From Kiritimatiellia bacterium (GTDB lineage Bacteria > Verrucomicrobiota > Kiritimatiellia > RFP12 > UBA1067): a DNA stretch of 64,000 nt. Location: positions 56,252-120,251 of the forward strand of contig JAZSQE010000068.1 of NCBI GenBank assembly GCA_045537795.1. Direction: 5' to 3'. Under the pieces are notes generated by a model. The model saw only the letters and a program-made list of their open reading frames with translations, searched no databases and had not been told where the DNA came from. The translations under genes were made by a program, and so were the position numbers. This document shows, one piece after another, positions 24,794 through 34,144 of the stretch. The number at the start of each line of letters is the position of its first letter. Position 1 is the first letter of the stretch.

Positions 24794-25675
24794 ATGAAAT
24801 GCGAAATATGCGATAAGAACGACGCCCAGACGGCGATCACCGTGACCGACGGCGACGGCGAAAAGGAGCTTTACGTCTGCAACGCCTGCGCCGGCGCCGA
24901 AAGAAAGAAGCGCCAGAAGAAGAGCCTGCGCACGCGCAAGATCGGCAATCTCCCTCCGGGAATGTCGATAACCGTCAGCGGCTCGGCGGGGGACGCGCCG
25001 CCGCCTTTCATCGGCGCGATTCTCGAGGCGGTGGGCGGGATGGTCGACAATCTCGAAAAAGCCAGCCGGAAAAACTGCGAAAAGCGCGATGCCGAATATG
25101 TAAAACTGCCGCTCTCGCGCGTCAAGCGCGAATACCGCGTCGCGTCCTCGCTCCATCTCGAGGGGCTGCATCTCATCGGAGAAATGGAAGCCGTGCAGCG
25201 CGCCGTCAAGGCGCTCGGGATGAAGCTGACGGGCATCGACATCGACGGCATCAGGTCGGCAGGTCACGTATATCAGCTGGAATACAGCGGCGCGCTCGAG
25301 CGGGCGAAACGCTTTGTGAGCGATCTCCTCGAGCAGGAGCGCAACGCGCGCGTGAGGCTCTTCGAGGAGATGCCGCGCGTTTTCGGCGATTCGCTCTGCA
25401 GGGCGCTGGCGATTCTGAAGAACTGCCGGCTCCTTTCTCCGGGCGAACTTTTCGATCTTCTCTCGCCGCTCAGACTCGCGGCGCTCGAAAACATGCTCGA
25501 AGGAACCGATCTGGCGACAATCGAAGAAATGATTTCGAACGTCGACCTCTCCGGGCGGGAGGAACATCTCCCGAACGAAGAGCGCGACAGGCTTGACGCC
25601 GAACGTGCCGACAGGATAAACGCCGTTTTCGAGGATGTCGTCCTCAACGAAACAGCCGAAGGGAAATTTCTGTGA
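24794..25675 (+). CDS. Hypothetical protein with an N-terminal CxxC...CxxC zinc ribbon (McsA-like N-terminus), translationally coupled to clpC
   Basis: I trimmed the start to MKCEICDKNDAQTAITVTDGDGEKELYVCNACAG at ATG 24794, with the extension lying inside the upstream gene. The remaining roughly 250 aa are helical and I do not recognise them. The stop overlaps the clpC GTG start as GTGA at 25672-25675. Confidence 0.7.
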   Translation: MKCEICDKNDAQTAITVTDGDGEKELYVCNACAGAERKKRQKKSLRTRKIGNLPPGMSITVSGSAGDAPPPFIGAILEAVGGMVDNLEKASRKNCEKRDAEYVKLPLSRVKREYRVASSLHLEGLHLIGEMEAVQRAVKALGMKLTGIDIDGIRSAGHVYQLEYSGALERAKRFVSDLLEQERNARVRLFEEMPRVFGDSLCRALAILKNCRLLSPGELFDLLSPLRLAALENMLEGTDLATIEEMISNVDLSGREEHLPNEERDRLDAERADRINAVFEDVVLNETAEGKFL

Positions 25676-28131
25676 ACATTCCGTTCAGTAAAAACGCGAT
25701 AGACGCTCTCAACGCATCTTCAAGCTGCGCCAGACAGTTCGGCCACGACCATATCGGCGCCGAACACATCTTTCTTTCGCTCCTTGCGATACCGAAGTGT
25801 CAGGCGACGCAGAGGCTGGCGACGCTCGGTCTCGGCGCCGAAGACCTCTCCGAATCGATGAAGTCGATGATATCCGGCGGCAACGCCGGAACGCTCCAGC
25901 GCGGCCAGCTGCCGCTGACCGCACGCACACGCAAGATTCTCGAGATGGCGGCGATCGAAGCGGGTCAGGGCAACGGCGTAGGGACGACGCATCTCGTTCT
26001 CGCGATGCTGCGCGAAGGCGAAAACGCGGCCGCGCAGCTTCTCTTCAACGCGGGCGTCACGGTCGAGAAATTCATCGCCGCCGGCAGCCAGGGCGCCGCC
26101 GGCGAAACCGAAGCGCCCGACAGCGGCGAAGGCGAAGACGAGGAGGCCGGCGCGGATGCGCCCGCGAAAAGAGGCGACAACGGCAAGTCGCGCAAAACGC
26201 CCACCGTCAACGCGTTCGGGCGAGACCTTACGGATCTCGCGCGGGAAGGAAAACTTGACCCCGTCATCGGCCGCGACAAGGAACTCAAACGCATGGTACA
26301 GGTGCTGGCGCGCCGCACGAAAAACAACGTCGTCCTCATCGGCGAGGCGGGCGTGGGCAAGACGGCCGTCGTCGAGGGGCTGGCGCAAGCGATTCACAGA
26401 GGCGAGGTTCCCGAGCGGATGCAGAACAGGCGCGTCGTCGCCATCGACATGGCGCGGGTCGTAGCCGGCACGCAGTATCGCGGCCAATTCGAAGAGCGCC
26501 TCAAGAAAATCGTCGACGAGACAAAACGCGCAGGCAACATAATACTCTTCCTCGACGAGATACACACCATGGTCGGCGCGGGCGGCGCCGAAGGCGCGAT
26601 GGATGCGGCAAACATCCTCAAGCCGGCGCTCGCGCGCGGCGAACTGCAGTGCGTCGGCGCGACGACCCTCAAGGAATACCACAAGTCGATCGAGAAGGAC
26701 GCGGCGCTCGAAAGGCGCTTCCAAAGCGTTCTGGTCGACGAACCCTCCATCGCCGACACGATCGAGATACTAAAGGGCATCGCGCCCAAATACGAGGAGT
26801 ATCACGCGGCCAGATTCTCCGAAAACGTCCTGAGAGCGGCCGTTGAGCTCACGGCTCGCTATCTGCCCGCGCGTCAGCTGCCCGACAAGGCTATCGACGC
26901 GATGGACGAGACGGGCGCGCGCCTCAGAGCGCTCGCGAGCGCGCGCCCGAAGCATCTGACGGCCATGCAGGAGAAGATGGATTCTCTGCGCGCGCGCAAG
27001 GACGCTTTCGTCGCGAAGGGCGATTTCGATTCGGCTGCCGAATGCCGCGAAGAACTGCGCCTCGCCGCCGAGCGTTTCGAAGAAGATCTCAAAAAGTGGC
27101 GCGAGACGCACGCGGAAGAAACGCTCGACGTCACCGAAGCCGACATAGCCGAGACCGTCTCTTCGATGAGCGCGGTTCCGGTGGAAAAGATGGACACCAC
27201 AACGGCATCCAAACTCCTCGGCATGGAAAAAACCCTCTCCGAGACGGTCATCGGGCAAAGCGACGCGATAGGCGCGATCTCAAGGGCGCTCAGGCGCTCG
27301 CGCGCGCTCATGGCCGATCCGAAAAGACCGATAGGCGGTTTTCTTTTCCTCGGGCCCACGGGCGTGGGCAAGACGCATCTGGCGAAGATGCTCGCCGAGC
27401 GCGTCTTCGGCGACGAAAAGGCGCTGATCACTCTTGACATGTCGGAATTTCAGGAACGTTACTCCTCTTCACGTCTCGTGGGCGCGCCTCCCGGGTACGT
27501 CGGCTACGACGAAGGCGGGCAGCTCACGGAGAAAGTGCGCCGCCGCCCGTACAGCGTCGTTCTCTTCGACGAGTTCGAAAAGGCGAATCCCGACGTCATA
27601 AACATGCTGCTGCAGATTCTCGACGAAGGGCGCCTCACCGACGGGCAGGGGCGCGCGATCGACTTTCGCAACACGATAATAATCTGCACGGCCAATCTCG
27701 GGTTTGACTTCGCAAAAGAAGGCCATACCCTGGGCTTCGCGAAGGACACGGCCGAGACGAATCCCGACCTTCTGAAAGAAAAGCTCCTCGCCGAAGCGAA
27801 GCGCACTTTCAGGCCGGAACTTCTCAACAGGTTCGACGAGATCGTCGTCTTCAGGAAACTCGAAAAAGAAGACCTGAAAAAAATTCTCGCCATCGAGATG
27901 GAGAAGCTCGGCAAACGCCTCGCGAAGGCGGGCGTCACGCTTTCGCTCGACGCGAAGGCGCTCGACTTCCTCGTCGGGAAAGGCACCGACGGCCAGCTCG
28001 GCGCACGACCGCTCAGACGCGTCGTCCAGCAGTACGTCGAAGATCCTCTCGCCGAAAAGATCCTCGCCGGCAAAACGAAGAGCCGCATGCGCGGCAAATT
28101 GTCGAAGGACGGGCTTTCGCTCGTTTTCTGA
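25672..28131 (+). CDS. clpC: ATP-dependent Clp protease ATP-binding subunit ClpC (class I AAA+)
   Basis: The Clp-N repeats include [14 protein letters not shown] and [10 protein letters not shown]. There are two Walker A boxes (GEAGVGKTA and GPTGVGKTH) and a UVR-like middle domain (..[14 protein letters not shown]..). An unusual acidic linker ([17 protein letters not shown]) follows the N-domain. Confidence 0.93.
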   Translation: MNIPFSKNAIDALNASSSCARQFGHDHIGAEHIFLSLLAIPKCQATQRLATLGLGAEDLSESMKSMISGGNAGTLQRGQLPLTARTRKILEMAAIEAGQGNGVGTTHLVLAMLREGENAAAQLLFNAGVTVEKFIAAGSQGAAGETEAPDSGEGEDEEAGADAPAKRGDNGKSRKTPTVNAFGRDLTDLAREGKLDPVIGRDKELKRMVQVLARRTKNNVVLIGEAGVGKTAVVEGLAQAIHRGEVPERMQNRRVVAIDMARVVAGTQYRGQFEERLKKIVDETKRAGNIILFLDEIHTMVGAGGAEGAMDAANILKPALARGELQCVGATTLKEYHKSIEKDAALERRFQSVLVDEPSIADTIEILKGIAPKYEEYHAARFSENVLRAAVELTARYLPARQLPDKAIDAMDETGARLRALASARPKHLTAMQEKMDSLRARKDAFVAKGDFDSAAECREELRLAAERFEEDLKKWRETHAEETLDVTEADIAETVSSMSAVPVEKMDTTTASKLLGMEKTLSETVIGQSDAIGAISRALRRSRALMADPKRPIGGFLFLGPTGVGKTHLAKMLAERVFGDEKALITLDMSEFQERYSSSRLVGAPPGYVGYDEGGQLTEKVRRRPYSVVLFDEFEKANPDVINMLLQILDEGRLTDGQGRAIDFRNTIIICTANLGFDFAKEGHTLGFAKDTAETNPDLLKEKLLAEAKRTFRPELLNRFDEIVVFRKLEKEDLKKILAIEMEKLGKRLAKAGVTLSLDAKALDFLVGKGTDGQLGARPLRRVVQQYVEDPLAEKILAGKTKSRMRGKLSKDGLSLVF

Positions 28132-28137
28132 AGCGCG

Positions 28138-28458
28138 ATGGAAGGCTACAGGCCGATAGATCCCGGCAAGCGCGGCCGCCACGCCTCTTTCTCGAGCGCG
28201 CTCGACGCGGCGTTCACCGATCTCGTGACCGAAAAAAACGCATTCTTCGATTCTCTCGTCGACAACTGGAACGACCTCTTCCCCGAAATACCGGCGAAGC
28301 CCGGGCGTTACGAGGACGGCAAGATATTCATCTACGTCAAAAACGCCCCTCTCTCGTTCGCCGTCAGACCGAAACTCCGCGAGATGGCCGGACGCCTCTC
28401 CCGGCTTCCGGGCGCTCCGCGCAAAGTGGACCTCAGACTGGAGATACATTCGCGATGA
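28138..28458 (+). CDS. DUF721 (DciA-like) domain protein
   Basis: The 106-aa protein contains W..LFPEI.A.P..YEDGKIFIYVKNAPLSFAVRPKLREMAGRL. This fits the DUF721 pattern W..ivg..ia.ht.p..l.dg.L.v.v.s..w..el.....il..l, which I recognise from memory. Confidence 0.55.
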   Translation: MEGYRPIDPGKRGRHASFSSALDAAFTDLVTEKNAFFDSLVDNWNDLFPEIPAKPGRYEDGKIFIYVKNAPLSFAVRPKLREMAGRLSRLPGAPRKVDLRLEIHSR

Positions 28459-29936
28459 CGGCGGGCGCCATTCTGCTGGCGGCGAGCGTCTTCACGCGTT
28501 CGATGGAGCGCGTTGAGACGATGGATCCCGCGATGATTCAGGGCGTCTACACCGCGCAGGCCGTTGCGCTCGTTTACGAGTCGCCGCTTGCCGTCGACTA
28601 CAGGAAGCGGCCCTACGCTCTGGCGCCCGGGTACTGCAATCTGCCCGAGGTCTCCCGTGACGGTCTCGTCTACGTTTTCAAAACGCGCGGCGCTCGACGT
28701 GCGCAGGACATGGCGCGCTCGCTGAAGCGCATCGCCGACAAGCGGACCGTCTCCCCGAACGGCTGGATAATGGCCGACGTCGCATCGGTCGAAGCGAAGG
28801 ACGAAACCACCGTCGAAATCAGGCTCAAACGGCGCGTGCATTACTTTCCGTGGCTGATGGCCATGCCGTGCGCCGGGGTCCGAATGGAGAACGGCGACGG
28901 CACGGGCCCCTACCGCCTCACGCAATGGCGCAGAAACCACAAAATGACGTTCGAGAGGCGACGCCCGGTCAGGGACGGCTTTGACATCGTGAGATATTAC
29001 GTCATCGACGACGCTTCGACGCGGTGGCTCATGTTCCTCAAGGGCGAGATCGATCTTTTGGGCAACATCTCGCGCGACAACTGGGACGCCGTCGTCGGGA
29101 AAGACGGTTCGCTCGACGACATTCTCGTGCAAAAAGGCGTTCGTATGGTCTCCGGCGACACGCTCGACGTTCTCTACATCGGCTTCAACATGGATGACCC
29201 GGTCGTCGGCTCCAACGTGAAACTTCGCCAGGCGCTCAACGCCGCGTTTGATTTTCCGACATGGCGGAAATTCTACAACGGCTGCATCTCGAAATGCGAC
29301 GGTCCTTTGCCTCAGGGCATCGACGGCAGGATCGAAGAGCCGTTCGCCTATTCGTGGAATCCCGAAAAAGCGAAAAAGCTCATGATCGAAGCGGGGTACC
29401 CCGGCGGCATCGACCCTAAGAGCTCAAAACGTCTCGTCCTCACGCTCTCTCTCGGCCGCGCCACGCAGGAGGGACGCGAAGCGGGGGAACTCCTCGCGTC
29501 GTTCTACGAAAAAATAGGCGTGAAGCTCGAGCTGAAGTTCATGACGTGGGAGTCGTTTCTGCGGGCTGTCAACGAGGGGCGCGTTCAGATGTACCAGATG
29601 GGCTGGGTGGGGGATTATCCCGACGCGCAGAACTTTCTGCAGCTTTTCCATTCGGGCAACGCGCGACCGGGGCCGAACCGCATGAACTACAAAAACGCCG
29701 CGTTCGACCGCGCTTACGAATCGGCGATGGCGGCGGACACGCCTGAGCGCCGCAACGGGCACTGGCTCGAATGCCAGAGGATAATACGCGAAGACTGCCC
29801 GTGGATTTTCACGCACTGCAACCGTTCGTTTTCCCTCGTCAGCAGACGCGTCGGAAACTTCATACCGGGCGCTTTCCCCTACGGCAACGAAAAACACCTG
29901 ACGCCCGCTTCGCCCCGTCAGGCCTCTTCTCCTTGA
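28455..29936 (+). CDS. ABC-transporter substrate-binding protein, family 5 (peptide/nickel type), with no adjacent permease or ATPase genes
   Basis: ..ETMDPAMIQGVYTAQAVALVYESPL.. and ..YQMGWVGDYPDAQNFL.. are SBP_bac_5-like. The start overlaps the upstream stop as ATGA. Confidence 0.78.
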   Translation: MTAGAILLAASVFTRSMERVETMDPAMIQGVYTAQAVALVYESPLAVDYRKRPYALAPGYCNLPEVSRDGLVYVFKTRGARRAQDMARSLKRIADKRTVSPNGWIMADVASVEAKDETTVEIRLKRRVHYFPWLMAMPCAGVRMENGDGTGPYRLTQWRRNHKMTFERRRPVRDGFDIVRYYVIDDASTRWLMFLKGEIDLLGNISRDNWDAVVGKDGSLDDILVQKGVRMVSGDTLDVLYIGFNMDDPVVGSNVKLRQALNAAFDFPTWRKFYNGCISKCDGPLPQGIDGRIEEPFAYSWNPEKAKKLMIEAGYPGGIDPKSSKRLVLTLSLGRATQEGREAGELLASFYEKIGVKLELKFMTWESFLRAVNEGRVQMYQMGWVGDYPDAQNFLQLFHSGNARPGPNRMNYKNAAFDRAYESAMAADTPERRNGHWLECQRIIREDCPWIFTHCNRSFSLVSRRVGNFIPGAFPYGNEKHLTPASPRQASSP

Positions 29937-30649
29937 AACGGCTGATCGCAGATCAATTCAGAGGATGGCGGGCGACGGAGATCGCATGGCTCGTTTTCTC
30001 CGTTTCGGCGATAGCCGCTCTTTCCGTCTACTGGAAAGACGACGCGGTCGGGATTGTCGCGGCTACGAGCGGGATGGCGTATACCGTGCTTGCGGGAAAG
30101 GGCAAGGTTTCCTGCTTTCTTTTCGGGCTCGTCAACACGCCCATCTACGCGTATCTCGCTTTCAAGGCGGGGTATTACGGCGACGGAGCGCTAAATGTCT
30201 ATTATTTCGCGATGATGCCCGCCGGCATGAGAGCGTGGCTCAAAAACGCCTCTGACGACTGCGCCGAAGGCATAACGCGCACGAGTCTTTCCGCCCGGGG
30301 CCGGCTTTCGCTCGCGGCTCTCTGCACGGCGGCGACCATCCTTCTCTGGGCGGCGCTCGCCGCGGCCGGCGGCTCCCGGCCGCTGTGCGATTCCGCGACG
30401 AACGTCCTCTCGGTCGCCGCCATGATACTCACGGTGAGGCGGGCGATCGAGCAGTGGATGCTCTGGATCGCCGTCAACACGATCGAAGTCTTCATGTGGT
30501 ACAAATCATGGACGGCGGGCGAAGGCGGCATTTCAATACTTCTGATGTGGCTGCTGTTCCTCGCGAACGGCATTTACATCCTGACAACGTGGCTCGGGGT
30601 CTCGCGTCCCGCGGCCCCGTCCGCAGACGGACGCGACAGGCGCCGGTAA
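29933..30649 (+). CDS. pnuC: Nicotinamide riboside transporter PnuC
   Basis: I trimmed the start to TTG 29933, which overlaps the SBP stop as TTGA. ..VLAGKGKVSCFLFGLVNTPIYAY.. and ..RAIEQWMLWIAVNTIEVFMWY.. are PnuC-like. Confidence 0.78.
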   Translation: MKRLIADQFRGWRATEIAWLVFSVSAIAALSVYWKDDAVGIVAATSGMAYTVLAGKGKVSCFLFGLVNTPIYAYLAFKAGYYGDGALNVYYFAMMPAGMRAWLKNASDDCAEGITRTSLSARGRLSLAALCTAATILLWAALAAAGGSRPLCDSATNVLSVAAMILTVRRAIEQWMLWIAVNTIEVFMWYKSWTAGEGGISILLMWLLFLANGIYILTTWLGVSRPAAPSADGRDRRR

Positions 30650-30671
30650 TGCCGAGACGTTTTTCGGCCCG

Positions 30672-33038
30672 CTACCTGCCGGCGGCAAGAAGGCTTTCCG
30701 CGTAGCGGACGGTTCGCATCGCGTCTTTGGCGTAGAAATCGGCGCCTATCTCGTCGGCGTATTCCTGCGTGACGACGGCGCCTCCGACACAGACGCGGCA
30801 CTTGAGAGAGCGATCGCGCACAAGTTTTATCGTATCGGCCATCGAGCCGACCGTCGTCGTCATAAGCGCAGAAAGACCCACAAGCATCGCTCCCGATTTC
30901 TCCGCCGCGTCGACGATAACCTCGGCGTCCACGTCGCGTCCGAGATCGATGACGTCGAAACCGTAATTCTCGAGAAGCGCCTTGACGATGTTTTTGCCGA
31001 TGTCGTGAATATCGCCCTTGACCGTCGCCAGCACTATCGGAGCGCCCTTCTTCTCGCCGACGCCCGACGCCGCGAGAGACGAGCGCACCACTTCGAACGC
31101 GGCGCCCGCCGCGTCGGCGGCCATCAGAAGCTGCGGCAGAAAAACGCTGCCTCTTTCGAATCCGCCGCCGATCTCTTCAAGCGCCGGAACGATGAAACGC
31201 TGAACGAGCGCCATGGGCTCTTCGCCGGCGGCGAGGAGCCTGCCGGCCGCGGCCGCGGCATCGTCGCGAAGACCTCTTTTCACGGCCTCGCCGAGCGTCG
31301 GGGCGCTCTTCGCCGCGGCTGGCGCGGCTGACGGCGCGGCGGAGCGCGAGGCTATCCACTTCGCGCACCCCTCGTCGCGGCCGAGAAGAACGTCGAGCGC
31401 CGCCTCTTCTGCCGCATCCTCTATCGCCGAAGGATTCGCGATCGCCGCCGAAAGCCCCGCCTTTTTCGCGAGCGAATACATCGCGTTGTTGAGGGTCGCG
31501 CGCTCGGGCAGACCGAAGCTCACGTTCGACACCCCGAGAACCGTGTTGACGCCGAGCTCTTCCGTGAGACGCTTCACCGTCTCGAGAGTGACAACGGCCG
31601 CGGAAGGATCGGCGCTCACGGCGAGCGTGAGCGCGTCGAAAACGAAATCCTTTTTGCCGAGAGCGTACTTCGCGCCTTCGGCGAGAATCCTGCGGGCGAT
31701 TTCAAGGCGGCCCTCGGCCGTAGAGGGTATGCCGTTTTCGTCGAGGCAGAGCGCTACGACGGTGCCGCCGTATTTCGCGACGAGAGGAAAGACCGCGTCC
31801 ATCGATTCGCGTTTGCCGTTTACGGAGTTGACGAGAGCCTTGCCGTTGACACGCCTCAAAGCGCGTTCGAGCGAGGCGGGATCGGCAGAGTCGATCTGGA
31901 TCGGCACGCCCACCACGCTCTGCACCGCTTCGATCGTCGCTTCAAGCGTCGCCGCTTCGTCTATCCCCGGCACGCCGCAATTGATATCGAGAATCCGCGC
32001 GCCGTCCTCCACCTGCCTGACGGCTTCTCTCAGAATGTACGCCGTATCGCCCTTCCGGTACGCCTCCTTCAGAAGTTTCTTGCCCGTGGGATTTATCCGT
32101 TCGCCGATAACAAGACCTTCACCCGGCCTGAGAGTCAGCGAAACGGAGCCGCTCGAAACGTGCGCGGCGACGCGAGGCGGCGGGAGAAGGCGCTTCACGC
32201 CGCGAGAAAGCTCCTCGTTGGCCCGCTTCACGTGCGCGCTCGTCGTCCCGCAGCAGCCGCCGGTTATCGTCGCGCCCGCGGCGGCGAGCGACGATATCTG
32301 CCGGGAGAAAACCTCCGGCGTCACGGTGAATACGGTTTTGCCGCCGACCGTTTTCGGCAGCCCCGCGTTCGGTTTGACAAGAACAGGTTTCGTCGACACG
32401 GCCGCGAGACGCTTGACATAAGGGAGCATCAAATCCGGCCCGAGCCCGCAGTTGAAGCCGTACGCGTCGACACCGAGCGATTCAAGAAGTGCTGCGACGC
32501 ACTCGACGTCGGCGCCCGTCAGGAGTTTGCCGTTCTCGTCGAGCGCGACGCTCGCGTACACGCTCAGGGAGCAGTTTTCCTTCGCGGCGAGAACAGCCGC
32601 CTTGAGTTCGCGCGTGTCGCTCATCGTTTCGATGAAAACGAGATCGGCCCCGGCCGCCGCGCCGAGGCGCACGGTCCGGGCGAAAGCTTCGACGGCCTCG
32701 TCGAACGGGAGATCGCCCGCGGGCGCGAGAAGCCGCCCCAGAGGCCCCACGTCGAGCGCGACCTTCGCTTCGGCGCCGGCAGCCTCTCGCGCAACGCGAA
32801 CGCCCGCCGCGATCACCTCTTCGAGGGTGCGGCGACCGTGATACTTGAGCGGGTTGGCGCCGAACGTGTTCGTGACGATTATGTCCGCGCCCGCTTTCAC
32901 GTATGCGCGGTGGACGGCGGCGACATCTTCGGGGCGCTCCACGTTCCAGTCTTCGGGCGCTTCGCCGGGCATGAGCCCGCGCGATTGAAGTTCGGTGCCC
33001 ATCGCCCCGTCGAGAGACAAAGTGAAAGAATTCTTCAT
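30672..33038 (-). CDS. metH: Methionine synthase, short form (Hcy-methyltransferase + pterin-binding + B12-binding domains, lacking the AdoMet reactivation domain)
   Basis: I trimmed the start to MKNSFTLSLDGAMGTEL; the 248-codon Arg-rich extension in the track lies inside the upstream gene. The GGCCGTT zinc site, the pterin-binding middle region and GDIHDIGKNIV (the DxHxxG cobalamin ligand motif) are all present. The length is 788 aa, compared with about 1200 aa for full-length MetH. Confidence 0.9.
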   Translation of the reverse strand: MKNSFTLSLDGAMGTELQSRGLMPGEAPEDWNVERPEDVAAVHRAYVKAGADIIVTNTFGANPLKYHGRRTLEEVIAAGVRVAREAAGAEAKVALDVGPLGRLLAPAGDLPFDEAVEAFARTVRLGAAAGADLVFIETMSDTRELKAAVLAAKENCSLSVYASVALDENGKLLTGADVECVAALLESLGVDAYGFNCGLGPDLMLPYVKRLAAVSTKPVLVKPNAGLPKTVGGKTVFTVTPEVFSRQISSLAAAGATITGGCCGTTSAHVKRANEELSRGVKRLLPPPRVAAHVSSGSVSLTLRPGEGLVIGERINPTGKKLLKEAYRKGDTAYILREAVRQVEDGARILDINCGVPGIDEAATLEATIEAVQSVVGVPIQIDSADPASLERALRRVNGKALVNSVNGKRESMDAVFPLVAKYGGTVVALCLDENGIPSTAEGRLEIARRILAEGAKYALGKKDFVFDALTLAVSADPSAAVVTLETVKRLTEELGVNTVLGVSNVSFGLPERATLNNAMYSLAKKAGLSAAIANPSAIEDAAEEAALDVLLGRDEGCAKWIASRSAAPSAAPAAAKSAPTLGEAVKRGLRDDAAAAAGRLLAAGEEPMALVQRFIVPALEEIGGGFERGSVFLPQLLMAADAAGAAFEVVRSSLAASGVGEKKGAPIVLATVKGDIHDIGKNIVKALLENYGFDVIDLGRDVDAEVIVDAAEKSGAMLVGLSALMTTTVGSMADTIKLVRDRSLKCRVCVGGAVVTQEYADEIGADFYAKDAMRTVRYAESLLAAGR

Positions 33039-34144
33039 CTGCCCCTCGTGTAGATCCATGCGCCCGCGAACGCCGTGAAGGGAGCGACGAGAACGAGCCC
33101 GAAACTGCCGACGAACGTCTTTACGACTTCGGCCGAGACGATCGTCGAATTGAGAAAGACGAGAGGCGGCGTGCCCTGCGCCGCGAACACCATCAGAAGC
33201 ATGAGATAGCCGCCCGAGTAGGCGAGCAGGAGAGTCGTCGTCATCGTTCCGACGACGGCGCGGCCGATGCGCATACCGGAAAGAAGCAGTTCCCTGAAAC
33301 CGAGTGAAGGGTTGTGGCGCCCGACTTCTTCCATCCCCGCCGCGATATCCATCGCGAGATCCATGACCGCGCCCGAAGAGGCGAGAATGACGGCTCCCGT
33401 GAAGATGTCGGAGGTGTCGAGAGATTCGACACCCGAGTTCGCGAGAGCCTGCACGAAAGGCATCGTCATCCCGTCTACGTGCATGACGGCCGAGAAGAAC
33501 CGCGCGAGAAGAAGAGAGGCGACGACTCCAAGAACGGAACCGGAGAACGCGGCGACTCCCTTTCTGGTCGGACCCGCGACGAGATACATTATGACGAGCG
33601 TGAGCAGAGAGACCGTAGCGAGCGAAACGAGCGAAGCGCAATATCCCTTGAGGCACATCGGCACGAGAAACTTCCACACCGCAAAACAGCTGAACGCGAA
33701 ACTCAATATGGCCTTGACGCCCGTCCAGCCCGCGAATGCGGCGAGAAGCGCGACGAAGAGAACTGCCATCAGCAGAATCCACCCGAGCCGCCAGTGGTCG
33801 CGCGCGACGAGAACGCTCGAGGCCGTCACATCGCCTTCGGGCCAGTCGACGAGCGCCACATCCCCGGGCGAAAACGCCTTGTCGATATCGGCCTGCGCCC
33901 TAAGTTCGTTGGAGGCGCGCATTTTCGCGCCCTTGAGAGGACCTTCGAGAAGTTCCACTTCAAGCTTCTGGCTGCCGTACCTGAGCGAAAGCGTTTCGAC
34001 CACTTCGGAGTCGTCCGTCGAGAGCACTTTCGCGCGGTACGCCTTTCCCGTGTCGTATGCGACGATCTCGGCCGGCGGAACGAAAGCCACCGCGACGGTC
34101 ATCGCCGCCAGTACCGCGCAGGCGATGTAATCTCGCCGATTCAC
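33035..34144 (-). CDS. YibE/F-family integral membrane protein
   Basis: An N-terminal anchor and periplasmic beta domain are followed by about 7 TM helices. ..GSVLGVVASLLLA.. and ..GAVMDLAMDIAAGMEEV.. are typical of YibE/F. The GTG start overlaps the upstream stop, and the stop overlaps the metH ATG as ATGA. Confidence 0.75.
   Translation of the reverse strand: MNRRDYIACAVLAAMTVAVAFVPPAEIVAYDTGKAYRAKVLSTDDSEVVETLSLRYGSQKLEVELLEGPLKGAKMRASNELRAQADIDKAFSPGDVALVDWPEGDVTASSVLVARDHWRLGWILLMAVLFVALLAAFAGWTGVKAILSFAFSCFAVWKFLVPMCLKGYCASLVSLATVSLLTLVIMYLVAGPTRKGVAAFSGSVLGVVASLLLARFFSAVMHVDGMTMPFVQALANSGVESLDTSDIFTGAVILASSGAVMDLAMDIAAGMEEVGRHNPSLGFRELLLSGMRIGRAVVGTMTTTLLLAYSGGYLMLLMVFAAQGTPPLVFLNSTIVSAEVVKTFVGSFGLVLVAPFTAFAGAWIYTRGR

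Noticed and set aside
30651-30668. A small hairpin (gccga-N8-tcggc) lies between convergent pnuC and metH and could be a terminator.
   Set aside because: It has only a 5-bp stem with an 8-nt loop, which is too weak to call. The T-run is part of the loop.
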